Source: an uncultured Cellvibrionales bacterium (lineage in GTDB: Bacteria; Pseudomonadota; Gammaproteobacteria; Pseudomonadales; Porticoccaceae). From it: a stretch of DNA of 34,065 nucleotides. The notes under the pieces were generated by a model. It did no database searches. It was not told the DNA's origin and was given only the letters and a program-made list of their open reading frames with translations. The position numbers and the translations under genes are program-made. The stretch is from contig CALGJN010000393.1 in NCBI GenBank assembly GCA_937920185.1, positions 1-34,065 of the forward strand, written 5' to 3'. Positions 1 to 9,868 of this stretch are shown here, in pieces (the stretch's first letter is position 1; each line of letters opens with the position of its first letter).

Positions 1-293
1 CGAGAAAACGTCCCGAGGCAACGGCTCGGGCGGATAAGAAACGCCCGCCTATAGCCAAATCCACCGCGCAATTCGCCTGCTCTTAGGTGGGTAGCGGTCC
101 CAGGGGCTCGTTGTTCAGCATACTGGCGCTCCAAAACACGTCCCTACCGAGTATATCTTTAAGCAGCCGCCGCTCGAGCGATGCCTGCATCGCCGGGGCC
201 GACACCAATCACCGCCGCTTGCACATTATCGTCTAGTGCGGCCTCGCGGGTATCACCGACGACTGTGAATGACAGACTTGATAACACCTGCAC
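1..293 (-). pseudogene. paaH: Degraded remnant of 3-hydroxyadipyl-CoA dehydrogenase (PaaH-like), with a large internal deletion
   Basis: Manual translation from GTG at 293, which overlaps the paaG stop, gives ...DNVQAAVIGVGPGDAGIARAAAA* (decayed Rossmann motif, cf. VAVIGxGTMGAGIA). In other frames it continues VFWSASMLNNE and AGVSYPPEPL, resembling the PaaH C-terminal xWRTVAMxxNE and GVNYPxGPL. This is the canonical position after paaG. Confidence 0.62.
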
Positions 294-1093
294 TAACACC
301 CTTGGTAATTCGGTAAGCGCTTTTCCATGAACGCACTGACGCCCTCCCTGTAGTCGTCACTTCGCCCGGCGACACCCTGTAATTCACATTCTAAATCGAG
401 TTGCTGATCCAAGCTGTGGCAACTGGACACGAGAAGGGCTCGCTTTATGAGTGCAAGACCCAGAGTCGGCGCATTCGCCAACTGCCGACCCATATCAGAA
501 GCGCTGGTCAACAAATCATCATCCTCGACGACCTCTGAAATCATGCCCATTTCGAGTGCCTCAGCTGCGCTGACCTTCTCTCCGAGCAAACACAGCCGCA
601 TTGCCCGCGCATGCCCTATGAGCCGCGGTAACATCCAGGTACCTCCAGAATCAGGCACCAAACCCAATTTATTGAACGACTGGATAAAGCTTGCCGACCT
701 GCCCGCAATGACGATGTCGCAAGCCAGCGCAATATTGGCCCCGGCGCCTGCGGCGACGCCGTTGACCGCGCAAATAACTGGCATCTCAAGCGCGGTGATG
801 GCGCGAATCAGCGGGTTGTAATTATCTCGGATCGACGCGCTCAAATCGGGTGCCTGATCACCGCCGCTGACCGATCTATCGCTGAGATCTTGACCGGCGC
901 AAAAGCCCCGTCCAGAACCGGTAATCAACAAACATCGAGCGGCACCGTTGGCCGACAATTGCTTGAGGACGGTTTTCACTTCGATGTGCATCTCGGTATT
1001 AAAACTGTTCAATCGATTCGGGCGATTAAGCACTAATGTAGCCAGACCACCGACAATCGAAAACTCGATATTTTGATATTTTTGCTGATCCAT
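293..1093 (-). CDS. paaG: 1,2-epoxyphenylacetyl-CoA isomerase (crotonase family)
   Basis: 266 aa with LNRPNRLNSF, GRGFCAGQDLSDR, VNGVAAGAGANIALACD and GLVPDSGG; paa context. Confidence 0.95.
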   Translation of the reverse strand: MDQQKYQNIEFSIVGGLATLVLNRPNRLNSFNTEMHIEVKTVLKQLSANGAARCLLITGSGRGFCAGQDLSDRSVSGGDQAPDLSASIRDNYNPLIRAITALEMPVICAVNGVAAGAGANIALACDIVIAGRSASFIQSFNKLGLVPDSGGTWMLPRLIGHARAMRLCLLGEKVSAAEALEMGMISEVVEDDDLLTSASDMGRQLANAPTLGLALIKRALLVSSCHSLDQQLDLECELQGVAGRSDDYREGVSAFMEKRLPNYQGC

Positions 1094-1465
1094 CCAAGCG
1101 CCCTCTATTCAGGTTTATTTTTCGCATCACGCGCGTCATCAGTCGCCGATAACGGCTTCAATTTGGGTCACTTTAGTTGCAGGCCTTTACGACTGAAACG
1201 GTTTTAGCTCGCGCGACACTGAATACACCTTAGCGCGCTCTACAGTGGCTAACATCAACCGATTTATGGGCTTGCGTGCGACCAACCGAAGTCAGTATTC
1301 GTCTCGAATCCTCGCCTAAAAAATTAATGAGGATGCAAATAAGTCGCGGCTGCAACGCAATTTTTTAGCCTCTACTACACCATCCATAACCCTAGACAAA
1401 GGCTTCAAAGTAACCAAATCAGTAACGATTATTATCTATCAAGAATAATCCAAGAAAACTTTTAT

Positions 1466-1504
1466 TGATACTATTTTTTTACTTTTTGTAATATTTTTGT
1501 ATCA
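1466..1504. promoter_or_regulatory. PaaX-type operator TGATAC-N27-GTATCA in the divergent paaG/paaZ promoter region
   Basis: Perfect 6-bp inverted repeat (1466-1471 and 1499-1504) with a 27-bp AT-rich spacer, the same geometry as the E. coli PaaX site TGATTC-N27-GAATCA. Confidence 0.7.
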
Positions 1505-1624
1505 TATTAAGCCAATCGTGAATACCATGTCGCTGATGAACTTGCGAGGCTGCTAATTGCCCTCGCCTAAACAGCGAAGCACGATATCAAAGTGCCAGCA
1601 GCGAAACTGCAGAGAATGTAATTT

Positions 1625-3655
1625 ATGAAACTTCAAAACTTTGCCATGGATCACTGGTATCAATCGCCTGAGAGCGGTGTGATACTTGACAGTGCCATCT
1701 CCGGCGAGCCAGTAGCTGAAATATCCAGCAGCGGTCTCGATTTTCAAGACATGGTTAACTACGCCAGGCAGGTAGGTAATCCCGCGCTACAAAAAATGAC
1801 ATTTCATCAACGCGCGCTGATGCTCAAGCAACTCGGCGTTTATCTCATGGAGCGCAAAGAACTATTTTATCAGTGTTCCAAAGCAACTGGCGCGACCCGC
1901 GGCGACTCGTGGATAGATATCGAAGGGGGCATTGGCACACTGTTTTCAATCTCCAGCAAAGCGCGCATCGAAATGCCGAACAGCACAATCTATATCGATG
2001 GTAAGCAGGAAAACCTATCGCGCAACGGCACCTTTACTGGACAGCATATTTACACACCCGTTCGCGGGGTTGCGGTGCATATCAATGCCTACAATTTCCC
2101 CTGTTGGGGAATGTTAGAAAAACTGGCCCCTGCCCTCGTCGCGGGTGTGCCTTGTATCATCAAGCCCGGCGGTCAAACAGCGTTTCTTACCGAGCTTATG
2201 GTGCGGCATATGGTTGAGTCAGAGATACTGCCAACCGGCGCTATTCAGCTAATTTGTGGCGATGTTGGCGATCTGCTCAACCATCTAACCTACGAAGATA
2301 TAGTCAGCTTTACCGGTTCGGCCGCAACCGGCATTAAACTAAAACAGCACCCAGTGATCGCCAAACAATGTACTCGTTTTGTGATGGAGGCTGACTCTTT
2401 AAACTGTTGTATTTTGGGTAGTGATGTCGAGCCTGACAGCGTTGAATTCGATTTATTTATCCATGAGATTGTACAAGAAATGACGACCAAGGCCGGTCAA
2501 AAATGTACCGCAATACGGCGTGCCATTGTGCCTGACAACAGAGTCGATGCAGTGACTCAGGCGCTGTCCGATAAACTTGGCAAAATCACGGTGGGAAACC
2601 CAGACAACGAATCTGTGCGAATGGGCGCCCTTGCAGGTCAACGCCAGCGCCGTGATGTTCGCAGTGCGGTACAACAATTGCGTTGCGACAATCGACTCAT
2701 TTTTGGCGATCCAGACCAAGTCTCGCCAATTGATGCTAGTGCAGATACGGGCTCATTTATGAACCCAGTGGTCATGTTAGCTGACAATCCAGATCAGAGT
2801 AGCGCGCATGACATCGAGGCCTTTGGGCCGATTAGCACTATTATCCCCTACGTCGATAATGAACATGCAGTGGCGCTCGCCGCGCGCGGCAGGGGCAGCC
2901 TAGTTGGCTCATTGATCACCAACAGTGCCGATGTCGCTCGCCAACTCACCCTCGGCATGGCACCCCATCATGGCCGCGTGCTGGTGCTCAACCGTGCCTG
3001 CGCCAAAGAGTCTACTGGGCACGGCTCTCCGCTGCCACAATTGATTCATGGTGGCCCCGGCCGCGCCGGTGGCGGCGAAGAATTAGGCGGTGTGCGCGGG
3101 GTAAAACACTACATGCAACGCACAGCACTGCAAGGATCGCCGGACATGCTAAGCGCGATAACTCGCACCCACATGCAAGGCGCCACGCGTAAAATAAGTG
3201 ACATTCATCCATTTAAAAAGCATTTTGAAGAGATCGAAATTGGCGATACCGTGGTCACGGATAAACGTGAAATAACGCTCGAGGACATCGAGGCATTTGC
3301 CGAGTTGACGGGCGATAAATTCTACGCCCACATGGATCATCAAGCGGCGCTTCGAAATCCATTTTTTGATGGCCGCGTAGCCCATGGCTACCTGCTGATT
3401 TCGGCAGCCGCTGGACTTTTTGTATGGCCCGGCGAAGGGCCGGTTCTGGCCAACACCGGACTCGAGAATTTGTCCTTTCAGACGCCGGTATACCCCGGCG
3501 ATATTATTCAGGTACAGTTCACCTGCAAACAGAAAAAAGATCGACTAACAGAAATTTGGGGGGAGGTACGCTGGGACACCACGATCATCAACCAAAATGG
3601 CCAAATTTGTGCTCAATATGACGTCCTCACGGGCGTTGCCAATCGTCTGCAATAA
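1625..3655 (+). CDS. paaZ: Bifunctional oxepin-CoA hydrolase / 3-oxo-5,6-dehydrosuberyl-CoA semialdehyde dehydrogenase
   Basis: 676 aa; ALDH domain (MEADSLN, GQKCTAIRR, HGGPGRAGGGEELGG) plus C-terminal MaoC hotdog domain (GDKFYAHMD, VAHGY). Confidence 0.97.
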   Translation: MKLQNFAMDHWYQSPESGVILDSAISGEPVAEISSSGLDFQDMVNYARQVGNPALQKMTFHQRALMLKQLGVYLMERKELFYQCSKATGATRGDSWIDIEGGIGTLFSISSKARIEMPNSTIYIDGKQENLSRNGTFTGQHIYTPVRGVAVHINAYNFPCWGMLEKLAPALVAGVPCIIKPGGQTAFLTELMVRHMVESEILPTGAIQLICGDVGDLLNHLTYEDIVSFTGSAATGIKLKQHPVIAKQCTRFVMEADSLNCCILGSDVEPDSVEFDLFIHEIVQEMTTKAGQKCTAIRRAIVPDNRVDAVTQALSDKLGKITVGNPDNESVRMGALAGQRQRRDVRSAVQQLRCDNRLIFGDPDQVSPIDASADTGSFMNPVVMLADNPDQSSAHDIEAFGPISTIIPYVDNEHAVALAARGRGSLVGSLITNSADVARQLTLGMAPHHGRVLVLNRACAKESTGHGSPLPQLIHGGPGRAGGGEELGGVRGVKHYMQRTALQGSPDMLSAITRTHMQGATRKISDIHPFKKHFEEIEIGDTVVTDKREITLEDIEAFAELTGDKFYAHMDHQAALRNPFFDGRVAHGYLLISAAAGLFVWPGEGPVLANTGLENLSFQTPVYPGDIIQVQFTCKQKKDRLTEIWGEVRWDTTIINQNGQICAQYDVLTGVANRLQ

Positions 3656-3667
3656 GCGAGGTATATC

Positions 3668-4636
3668 ATGACAGTCACCAAAAATAGTCCGACTCTTTCA
3701 GAAAATGAGGTCAAATTCGAAGAACTTCTGGCCAAGGGCGCTAAAATTGAGCCGCGTGATTGGATGCCCGATGACTATCGCAAAACGCTGATTCGACAGA
3801 TAGGGCAACATGCGCATTCAGAAATAATTGGCATGCAACCCGAGGGAAACTGGATTACTCGTGCACCCAGCTTAAAGCGCAAAGCTATTTTGATGTCAAA
3901 AGTCCAGGACGAAGCGGGGCATGGCCTGTACTTATACAGCGCAGCCGAAACACTGGGCGCCGATCGTACCGATATGTTGGAAAAGCTCAATAATGGTAAA
4001 ATGAAATACTCGAGCATTTTTAACTATCCAACCCCTTGCTGGGCCGACATGGGCGCCATCGGATGGCTGGTCGATGGTGCCGCCATCTGCAATCAGGTAC
4101 CACTGTGCCGCACCTCTTACGGGCCCTATGCGCGGGCCATGGTAAGGATCTGTAAAGAGGAGAGCTTTCACCAACGCCAGGGCTACGAAATCATGCTGAC
4201 GCTGAGTAACGGCAGCGCCAAACAAAAGCAAATGGCGCAAGACGCTCTCAACCGTTGGTGGTGGCCGGCAATTATGATGTTTGGACCGCGCGATGATCAA
4301 TCTCCCAACTCCGAATTGTCGTTGAAGTGGAAGATTAAATTATTCTCAAATGATGAGCTCCGACAGAAGTTTGTCGATATCGCTGTGCCCCAGGCCAACA
4401 TCCTCGGTTTAACGATTCCCGACAAGGATCTTAGTTGGAACGAAAAAACTGGTCACTACACCTATGGTGAACCAGATTGGGAAGAATTTTTCGAGGTTAT
4501 TCGCGGCAACGGCCCGTGCAACAAAGAGCGAGTGAGCAACCGGCGAGAAGCCCACGAAAACGGTCAGTGGGTGCGTGATGCCGCTATCGCATACGCCAAG
4601 AAACACGCCGAGGCCGCCCTTTCCAAGGCCGCATAA
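3668..4636 (+). CDS. paaA: Phenylacetyl-CoA epoxidase catalytic subunit A
   Basis: [49 protein letters not shown] di-iron motifs. Confidence 0.98.
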   Translation: MTVTKNSPTLSENEVKFEELLAKGAKIEPRDWMPDDYRKTLIRQIGQHAHSEIIGMQPEGNWITRAPSLKRKAILMSKVQDEAGHGLYLYSAAETLGADRTDMLEKLNNGKMKYSSIFNYPTPCWADMGAIGWLVDGAAICNQVPLCRTSYGPYARAMVRICKEESFHQRQGYEIMLTLSNGSAKQKQMAQDALNRWWWPAIMMFGPRDDQSPNSELSLKWKIKLFSNDELRQKFVDIAVPQANILGLTIPDKDLSWNEKTGHYTYGEPDWEEFFEVIRGNGPCNKERVSNRREAHENGQWVRDAAIAYAKKHAEAALSKAA

Positions 4637-4667
4637 GATCCGTGGCAAGACGACCTAGGCGATTTAT

Positions 4668-4958
4668 ATGACGCACAAAAAAGGCTACCCGCTGTGGGAG
4701 GTATTTATCCGCAGTAACCGTGGCATCGACCACAAGCATGCTGGCAGTCTGCGCGCCGCAGACGCCGAAATGGCACTGCAAAATGCCCGTGATCTGTATA
4801 CTCGCCGATCTGAGGGGGTGAGCATATGGGTAGTGCCATCCAACCAGATTGTTGCCTCGGATCCCGACGACAAAGAAACCTTGTTTGATCCGGCAGAAGA
4901 CAAGGTTTATCGACATCCCACGTTTTATTCTTTACCCGACGAATTGGAACACATGTGA
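4668..4958 (+). CDS. paaB: Phenylacetyl-CoA epoxidase subunit B
   Basis: PLWEVFIRS, ARDLYTRRSEGVSIWVV, KVYRHPTFY. Confidence 0.97.
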   Translation: MTHKKGYPLWEVFIRSNRGIDHKHAGSLRAADAEMALQNARDLYTRRSEGVSIWVVPSNQIVASDPDDKETLFDPAEDKVYRHPTFYSLPDELEHM

Positions 4959-5728
4959 GTACTCCACTAGCTCCGACCAAAAACGACCTCTATGCGTACA
5001 CGCTGCGCCAAGCGGATAACTCGATGGTGCTATGCCAACGCCTGTGCCAATGGGCGGCGCGTGGCCCCGAGTTAGAGGAAGACATCGGCCTTACCAATAT
5101 CGGCTTAGATTTAATCGGTCAAGCTCGATCGCTCTACCAATACTCAGCAAGTCTATGCGACCGACCCGTTGATGAGAACGACCTGGCGTTTTTACGCGAC
5201 CCGCACGAATGGTCTAACCTACTCTTAGTCGAGCAACCGAATGGCGACTTTGCCGACACCATCGCTCGCCAGTATTGCTATGACGCATGGCACCTGCCCT
5301 TTCTCGAGCAATTGACCGCATCGAACGACACTACCCTCGCCGCGATTGCCGCCAAGTCGGTCAAAGAGGCCCGGTATCATGTCCGCCACAGCTCGATGTG
5401 GGTCAAGCGCTTGGGCGATGGCACCGAGGTCAGCCACCGGCGCATGCAAGATGCAATCACCGCGGTGTGGCCATTTATCGCTGAAATGTTCATCGCCGAT
5501 GAACTCGACCAGCGCATGCTCGAAATCGATGTAGGTGTCGATCTGCGTGCGCTGCAGTCTGCGTGGGAATCTCAAGTATCGGCGCTGTTGGCCAACGCCA
5601 CGTTGAGCAAACCGATCGACGTTAAGGCCATCGTAGGTGGCCGCCAAGGTCAGCATACCGAGCACCTAGATGATCTTTTGCTAGACATGCAAGCACTGCC
5701 GCGCAGCATGCCCAACCATCAGTGGTAA
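4955..5728 (+). CDS. paaC: Phenylacetyl-CoA epoxidase structural subunit C
   Basis: PELEEDIGLTNIGLDLIGQAR, EQPNGDFADTIARQ, KEARYH, RLGDGTEVS; GTG start overlaps the paaB stop. Confidence 0.96.
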   Translation: MSTPLAPTKNDLYAYTLRQADNSMVLCQRLCQWAARGPELEEDIGLTNIGLDLIGQARSLYQYSASLCDRPVDENDLAFLRDPHEWSNLLLVEQPNGDFADTIARQYCYDAWHLPFLEQLTASNDTTLAAIAAKSVKEARYHVRHSSMWVKRLGDGTEVSHRRMQDAITAVWPFIAEMFIADELDQRMLEIDVGVDLRALQSAWESQVSALLANATLSKPIDVKAIVGGRQGQHTEHLDDLLLDMQALPRSMPNHQW

Positions 5729-5738
5729 TTAAAACGTC

Positions 5739-6254
5739 ATGCCAATAAATAGCCACAATACCGACAGCGTCCTGTCCCATGTACGCAGCATACTGGACAC
5801 CGTCACCGACCCTGAAATACCGGCGTTGACGATCAATGAAATGGGTATCTTGCGCGGTGTCGAGATCAAGGGGGATTCGGTCGTAGTGACGATTACTCCG
5901 ACCTACTCCGGATGTCCGGCGATCGACCAAATCACCGATGACATCACCAAGGTGCTGGCGGAACACAACTATCCGTCGACGCAGGTCGCACTGGTACTAT
6001 CACCCGCTTGGACCACCGATTGGATGAGCGATGAAGCAAAAGAAAAGCTTCGCCAATACGGTATCGCGCCGCCCTGTAAAACGAGCTTGCTGGACGATTC
6101 ACAAGGCGACCCCCACGTTACCGTCATCGTGGCCTGCCCGATCTGCTGCTCTTTTAACACCAAGCTAGTCAGTCACTTCGGCTCTACCGCCTGTAAATCC
6201 TTTTGGCAATGCGCGGATTGCCTCGAACCCTTTGACTATTTCAAGCCCATCTAG
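5739..6254 (+). CDS. paaD: Phenylacetyl-CoA epoxidase subunit D
   Basis: DPEIP, TPTYSGCPA, PAWTTDWM, FGSTACK, CLEPFDYFK. Confidence 0.96.
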   Translation: MPINSHNTDSVLSHVRSILDTVTDPEIPALTINEMGILRGVEIKGDSVVVTITPTYSGCPAIDQITDDITKVLAEHNYPSTQVALVLSPAWTTDWMSDEAKEKLRQYGIAPPCKTSLLDDSQGDPHVTVIVACPICCSFNTKLVSHFGSTACKSFWQCADCLEPFDYFKPI

Positions 6255-6263
6255 GCGCATCCC

Positions 6264-7343
6264 ATGGTTGATGAAGCAATTGTTACACGTGTTGTCGAGG
6301 CGACTCGAGACTCCGTTATCGTCGCCGTGCAGGTAGCCGAAGAACTGCGCGCCAAATACCGCTATAAGCAGGGTCAAAATCTAACCTTTGTTAAGCGTCT
6401 GAATGGCGCAGAAGTGCGCCGTAGTTATTCGATCTGCAGCAGCGTCGATGACTCTGAACTGCGGGTCGGTATCAAACACGTTGAGAATGGCGTGTTTTCC
6501 GGTTGGGCCAACAGCCAACTAAAGGTCGGCGATAAATTGGATATATTGCCGCCGACTGGTAATTTTTTTGTCGAGCTCGATCCCAACGCGCAGCGCAACT
6601 TCGTCGGCGTGGCTGCTGGGAGTGGAATAACCCCGATTTTATCCATTTTAAAAACCACTTTAGAGACTGAATCGGCGAGCCATTTTACGTTGATTTATGG
6701 TAATCAAAGCACTGACACTATTATGTTTTTAGAGGATATCGAGGCACTAAAAAATCGCTACCCACAACGACTGCAAGTATTCCATGTATTGAGTCGCGAG
6801 ATACAAAACGCAGAGCTGCTCACTGGCCGCATCGATGGGCCAAAGATAGATCGCTTCCTCGATTTACTGATCGATGCCAATGACATTAATGATGTATTTT
6901 TGTGCGGCCCATTCGAGATGGTGATGTCCGCCAAAGACGCCTTTATCGATGCCGGTGTCGAGAAAAAGCATGTCCACAGCGAGCTTTTTGGCGCGCCCGA
7001 CGACCTCAAAAATCTCGTTCGAAAGAGCAAACAATCGGTCAGCGAAGCTGAACAGCAACATATCAGTCAAGTGTTGGTCATGATCGATGGTAAGGGAACC
7101 CAGTTAAATTTGGCTCGCGGCGGCGAAACTGTGCTTGATGCCGCGCTAAAAATCCGCCGCGACTTACCTTTTGCCTGCAAAGGCGGCGTTTGTTCGACCT
7201 GTAAAGCCAAAGTAATGGAGGGCGAGGTGGAGATGGATCTCAACTATTCTCTGAGTGATGAAGAGGTCGCCGCAGGCTTTATTCTCACCTGCCAAGCACA
7301 CCCGATCAGCGATCGGGTGACCATCGATTACGACCAAAAATAA
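6264..7343 (+). CDS. paaE: Phenylacetyl-CoA epoxidase reductase subunit E (FAD/NAD/2Fe-2S)
   Basis: RRSYSIC, AAGSGITP, FLCGP, LPFACKGGVCSTC and LTCQAHP. Confidence 0.96.
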   Translation: MVDEAIVTRVVEATRDSVIVAVQVAEELRAKYRYKQGQNLTFVKRLNGAEVRRSYSICSSVDDSELRVGIKHVENGVFSGWANSQLKVGDKLDILPPTGNFFVELDPNAQRNFVGVAAGSGITPILSILKTTLETESASHFTLIYGNQSTDTIMFLEDIEALKNRYPQRLQVFHVLSREIQNAELLTGRIDGPKIDRFLDLLIDANDINDVFLCGPFEMVMSAKDAFIDAGVEKKHVHSELFGAPDDLKNLVRKSKQSVSEAEQQHISQVLVMIDGKGTQLNLARGGETVLDAALKIRRDLPFACKGGVCSTCKAKVMEGEVEMDLNYSLSDEEVAAGFILTCQAHPISDRVTIDYDQK

Positions 7344-7364
7344 TCCGCTAGCTAGCGTATTTAA

Positions 7365-8012
7365 TCAACCGTTTACAGCCGACGACCGGGCTTGATCGGG
7401 GTGGCCCGCAATAAAGGCTGGATGACTTTTACAGGCCTCTTCGACAGCGCAAATTTTGGCAAGTTGACTATAATCAACTTGCCATCTGCGCGCATTGTAC
7501 AACTGCGGGATGAGGCAAATATCCGCCAAACTCGGTGTCATCCCTGTACAAAATCGCGCGCTTTCAAAGTTCCCTAAGGTCGCTTCAAAGGCAGTCAAAC
7601 CAGCGCCGATAAAACGCCCCATCCAACGATCACGCAAACTTTCATCGGCCATCTGATCGATCGCGTATCGAACCACCGAAAGATTGCATACCGGGTGTAC
7701 ATCGACCGCCAACAGCTGCGCCAACGCGCGCACTCTAGCGCGCGCCAAGGCATCCCGAGGCAGTAAACCAAGATCACGCGTCTCGTCGAGGTACTCTAAA
7801 ATGGCCAATGACTGGGTCAGCCGCTGACCATCGATATCTAACACCGGTACAAAACCCTGTGGATTGCGGGATAGGTGATCCGGCAGCCGATGTTGACCAC
7901 TAACCAGATCGATACTCAGCGAGCGATAGGGCGTATTTCCGAGGTTCAGTGCTATACGCACACGGTAACTGGCAGAGGATCGCCAGTAATCATAGAGCAC
8001 CGTATCACTCAT
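7365..8012 (-). CDS. maiA: Maleylacetoacetate isomerase (GST zeta class)
   Basis: YWRSSASYRVRIALNL, NPQGFVPVL, LTQSLAILEYL, ADICLIPQLYNARR. Confidence 0.93.
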   Translation of the reverse strand: MSDTVLYDYWRSSASYRVRIALNLGNTPYRSLSIDLVSGQHRLPDHLSRNPQGFVPVLDIDGQRLTQSLAILEYLDETRDLGLLPRDALARARVRALAQLLAVDVHPVCNLSVVRYAIDQMADESLRDRWMGRFIGAGLTAFEATLGNFESARFCTGMTPSLADICLIPQLYNARRWQVDYSQLAKICAVEEACKSHPAFIAGHPDQARSSAVNG

Positions 8013-8215
8013 GAATCGTCACCTAAAGAGCCTACCTTGGCGGCATCGAGCGCTTGCGACAACACCTTAAAATCGCCAATATGGTTGGCCAAAATAAGCA
8101 CAAGTCGAGCATTGTAAGACTGACTTTCGGCATCACTGAGACCCTCATGGGCCGACAGCAAGGCCGCATAAAATGGGTCTGGTTGGGTCATGTTGGGGCT
8201 TAAAATCAAAGTCAT
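8009..8215 (-). CDS. Small DUF2783-like protein, probable partner of the upstream monooxygenase
   Basis: 68 aa with DPFYAALLSAHEGLSDAESQSYNARLVLILANHIGD; 4-bp ATGA overlaps with both neighbours. Confidence 0.85.
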   Translation of the reverse strand: MTLILSPNMTQPDPFYAALLSAHEGLSDAESQSYNARLVLILANHIGDFKVLSQALDAAKVGSLGDDS

Positions 8216-9834
8216 ATCGCAGGTCCTCCGGCTAGGGCTCTGGAAAGCGCTCGGCGAATTGCGTCTGGCTCAAAAGTCGACCAGCGCGCGGCAATGTGTT
8301 GATCGGGTCGAATCAGGTAGACCGCTTGCTTGGCCGACCCTAAATAGCGTTCATTTAGGGCACCTGTCGAATCCTTACTGGAGTCCAAAACTAGCCGTTT
8401 CAAAGCGCCATCAATATTATCGACCGCAGTCGATCGATCAATATTTAACAATAGCAACGTAAAACTCCCACCCAAACGCTGTAACAAGTAACCATCGCTC
8501 AAGGCCAAATCTGGACAAGGTGCACCGGGGCGCGTACGCGATGGTCCGTCGACCATCCCATCGGGCGTATTTAGTGGCGAGTCGTCGTACACGCAGGGGA
8601 CGCTCAGACGCCCAGAATTAACCAAGCCGCGAGCAAACGAATAATGCTCGGCAAGATCCAGAACGGCATCGCGAAATAGTCGACTCAGGGTCGATTTTGG
8701 TGTGATAAAATCGGTCGATTGCGTCGAGTTACGGATGTTTTCATCGGCCCCATAAATACGTTCGCTGTCGTAGCTATCGATCAGTTCTCGGGGCGCACTG
8801 CCATCGATAACGGCCTTGAGTTTCCAGCCGAGATTGTCCGCATCCTGAACCCCGCTGTTGGCACCACGCGCCCCAAATGGACTCACCTGATGCGCGCTGT
8901 CACCGGCAAAAATAACTCGCCCATGGCGAAATTTTTCCATTCTTCGGCACTGAAACGTATAGATAGATACCCACTCTAATTGAAAATTGATATCGCCGCC
9001 GAGCATCGCCTCGAGGCGCTGACGGACTTTTTCAGGTTGTTTCTCCGCGTCGCGATCAATGTCCCAACCCAGTTGCAAATCGATGCGCCAGACATTGTCC
9101 GGTTGCTTGTGCAACAACGCTGACTGGCCGCGATTGAATGGCGGGTCGAACCAAAACCAACGCTCGATCGGAAAATTGGCATCCATGACGACATCCGCTA
9201 TCAAAAAATTGTCCTCGAAGACGCGGCCGACAAAGTCGAGACCCAAGGCATGCCGCACCGGACTATTGGCGCCGTCGCAGGCAATCAGCCAATCGGCTTC
9301 TAGATCGTAGGCACCGTCGGGTGTAGTCAATTGTACGCGGACACAATCGGACTCGGATACCACCGCGGTAACTTGGTTGCCGCCGCGCAATTGCAACGGC
9401 GCACCCTTTTGCTGCAGCACGCGAACGCGTTCGAGCATCGCCATCTCAAAATAGTACTGTTGTAAGTTGATAAAAGCTGGTCTGCGGTGACCGCTTTCAG
9501 CCAACAGGTTAAATTCGTAGACTTTGCGGGTATCGCAAAAAACCTTGCCTAGATGCCACTCTACCCCCTTGTCGACCAACTGCTGCCCAACACCCAATCG
9601 ATCACCGATCTCAAGCGTACGCTTGGCAAAACAGATCGCACGTGAACCCGATGAAACACTGTCGTTGTCGTCCACGACTAAGGTTTCAATCCCCTGCTGC
9701 GCTAGATCAATGGCCAGCGCCAAGCCGACTGGGCCGGCTCCGACGATGACCGCCTGATGGCGTTGAGGATCTGCAGCGTTTTGATCAGCGTGCCGCTGGT
9801 AGGGGTACAGCGGCACGTCAAAGACCGCATTCAC
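8212..9834 (-). CDS. FAD-dependent aromatic monooxygenase (group A, MhpA/MhaA-like)
   Basis: 540 aa; GAGPVG, ACDGANS and FAGDSAHQVSPFGARGANSG fingerprints; C-terminal YLIRPDQH. Confidence 0.9.
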   Translation of the reverse strand: MNAVFDVPLYPYQRHADQNAADPQRHQAVIVGAGPVGLALAIDLAQQGIETLVVDDNDSVSSGSRAICFAKRTLEIGDRLGVGQQLVDKGVEWHLGKVFCDTRKVYEFNLLAESGHRRPAFINLQQYYFEMAMLERVRVLQQKGAPLQLRGGNQVTAVVSESDCVRVQLTTPDGAYDLEADWLIACDGANSPVRHALGLDFVGRVFEDNFLIADVVMDANFPIERWFWFDPPFNRGQSALLHKQPDNVWRIDLQLGWDIDRDAEKQPEKVRQRLEAMLGGDINFQLEWVSIYTFQCRRMEKFRHGRVIFAGDSAHQVSPFGARGANSGVQDADNLGWKLKAVIDGSAPRELIDSYDSERIYGADENIRNSTQSTDFITPKSTLSRLFRDAVLDLAEHYSFARGLVNSGRLSVPCVYDDSPLNTPDGMVDGPSRTRPGAPCPDLALSDGYLLQRLGGSFTLLLLNIDRSTAVDNIDGALKRLVLDSSKDSTGALNERYLGSAKQAVYLIRPDQHIAARWSTFEPDAIRRALSRALAGGPAI

Positions 9835-9868
9835 AGTGCGCGCCTAGACACTACGAATGGGGTGAGCT

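Noticed and set aside
1105-1165. Possible paaF C-terminal remnant (LSATDDARDAKNKPE*) upstream of paaG
   Set aside because: The resemblance to crotonase C-termini is too short and weak to support without a search.
1625-3655. Tropone/tropodithietic-acid shunt via a defective PaaZ
   Set aside because: The ALDH catalytic Cys (GQKCTA) and Glu (MEADS) and the hydratase domain are intact, and there are no tda-like genes in the window.
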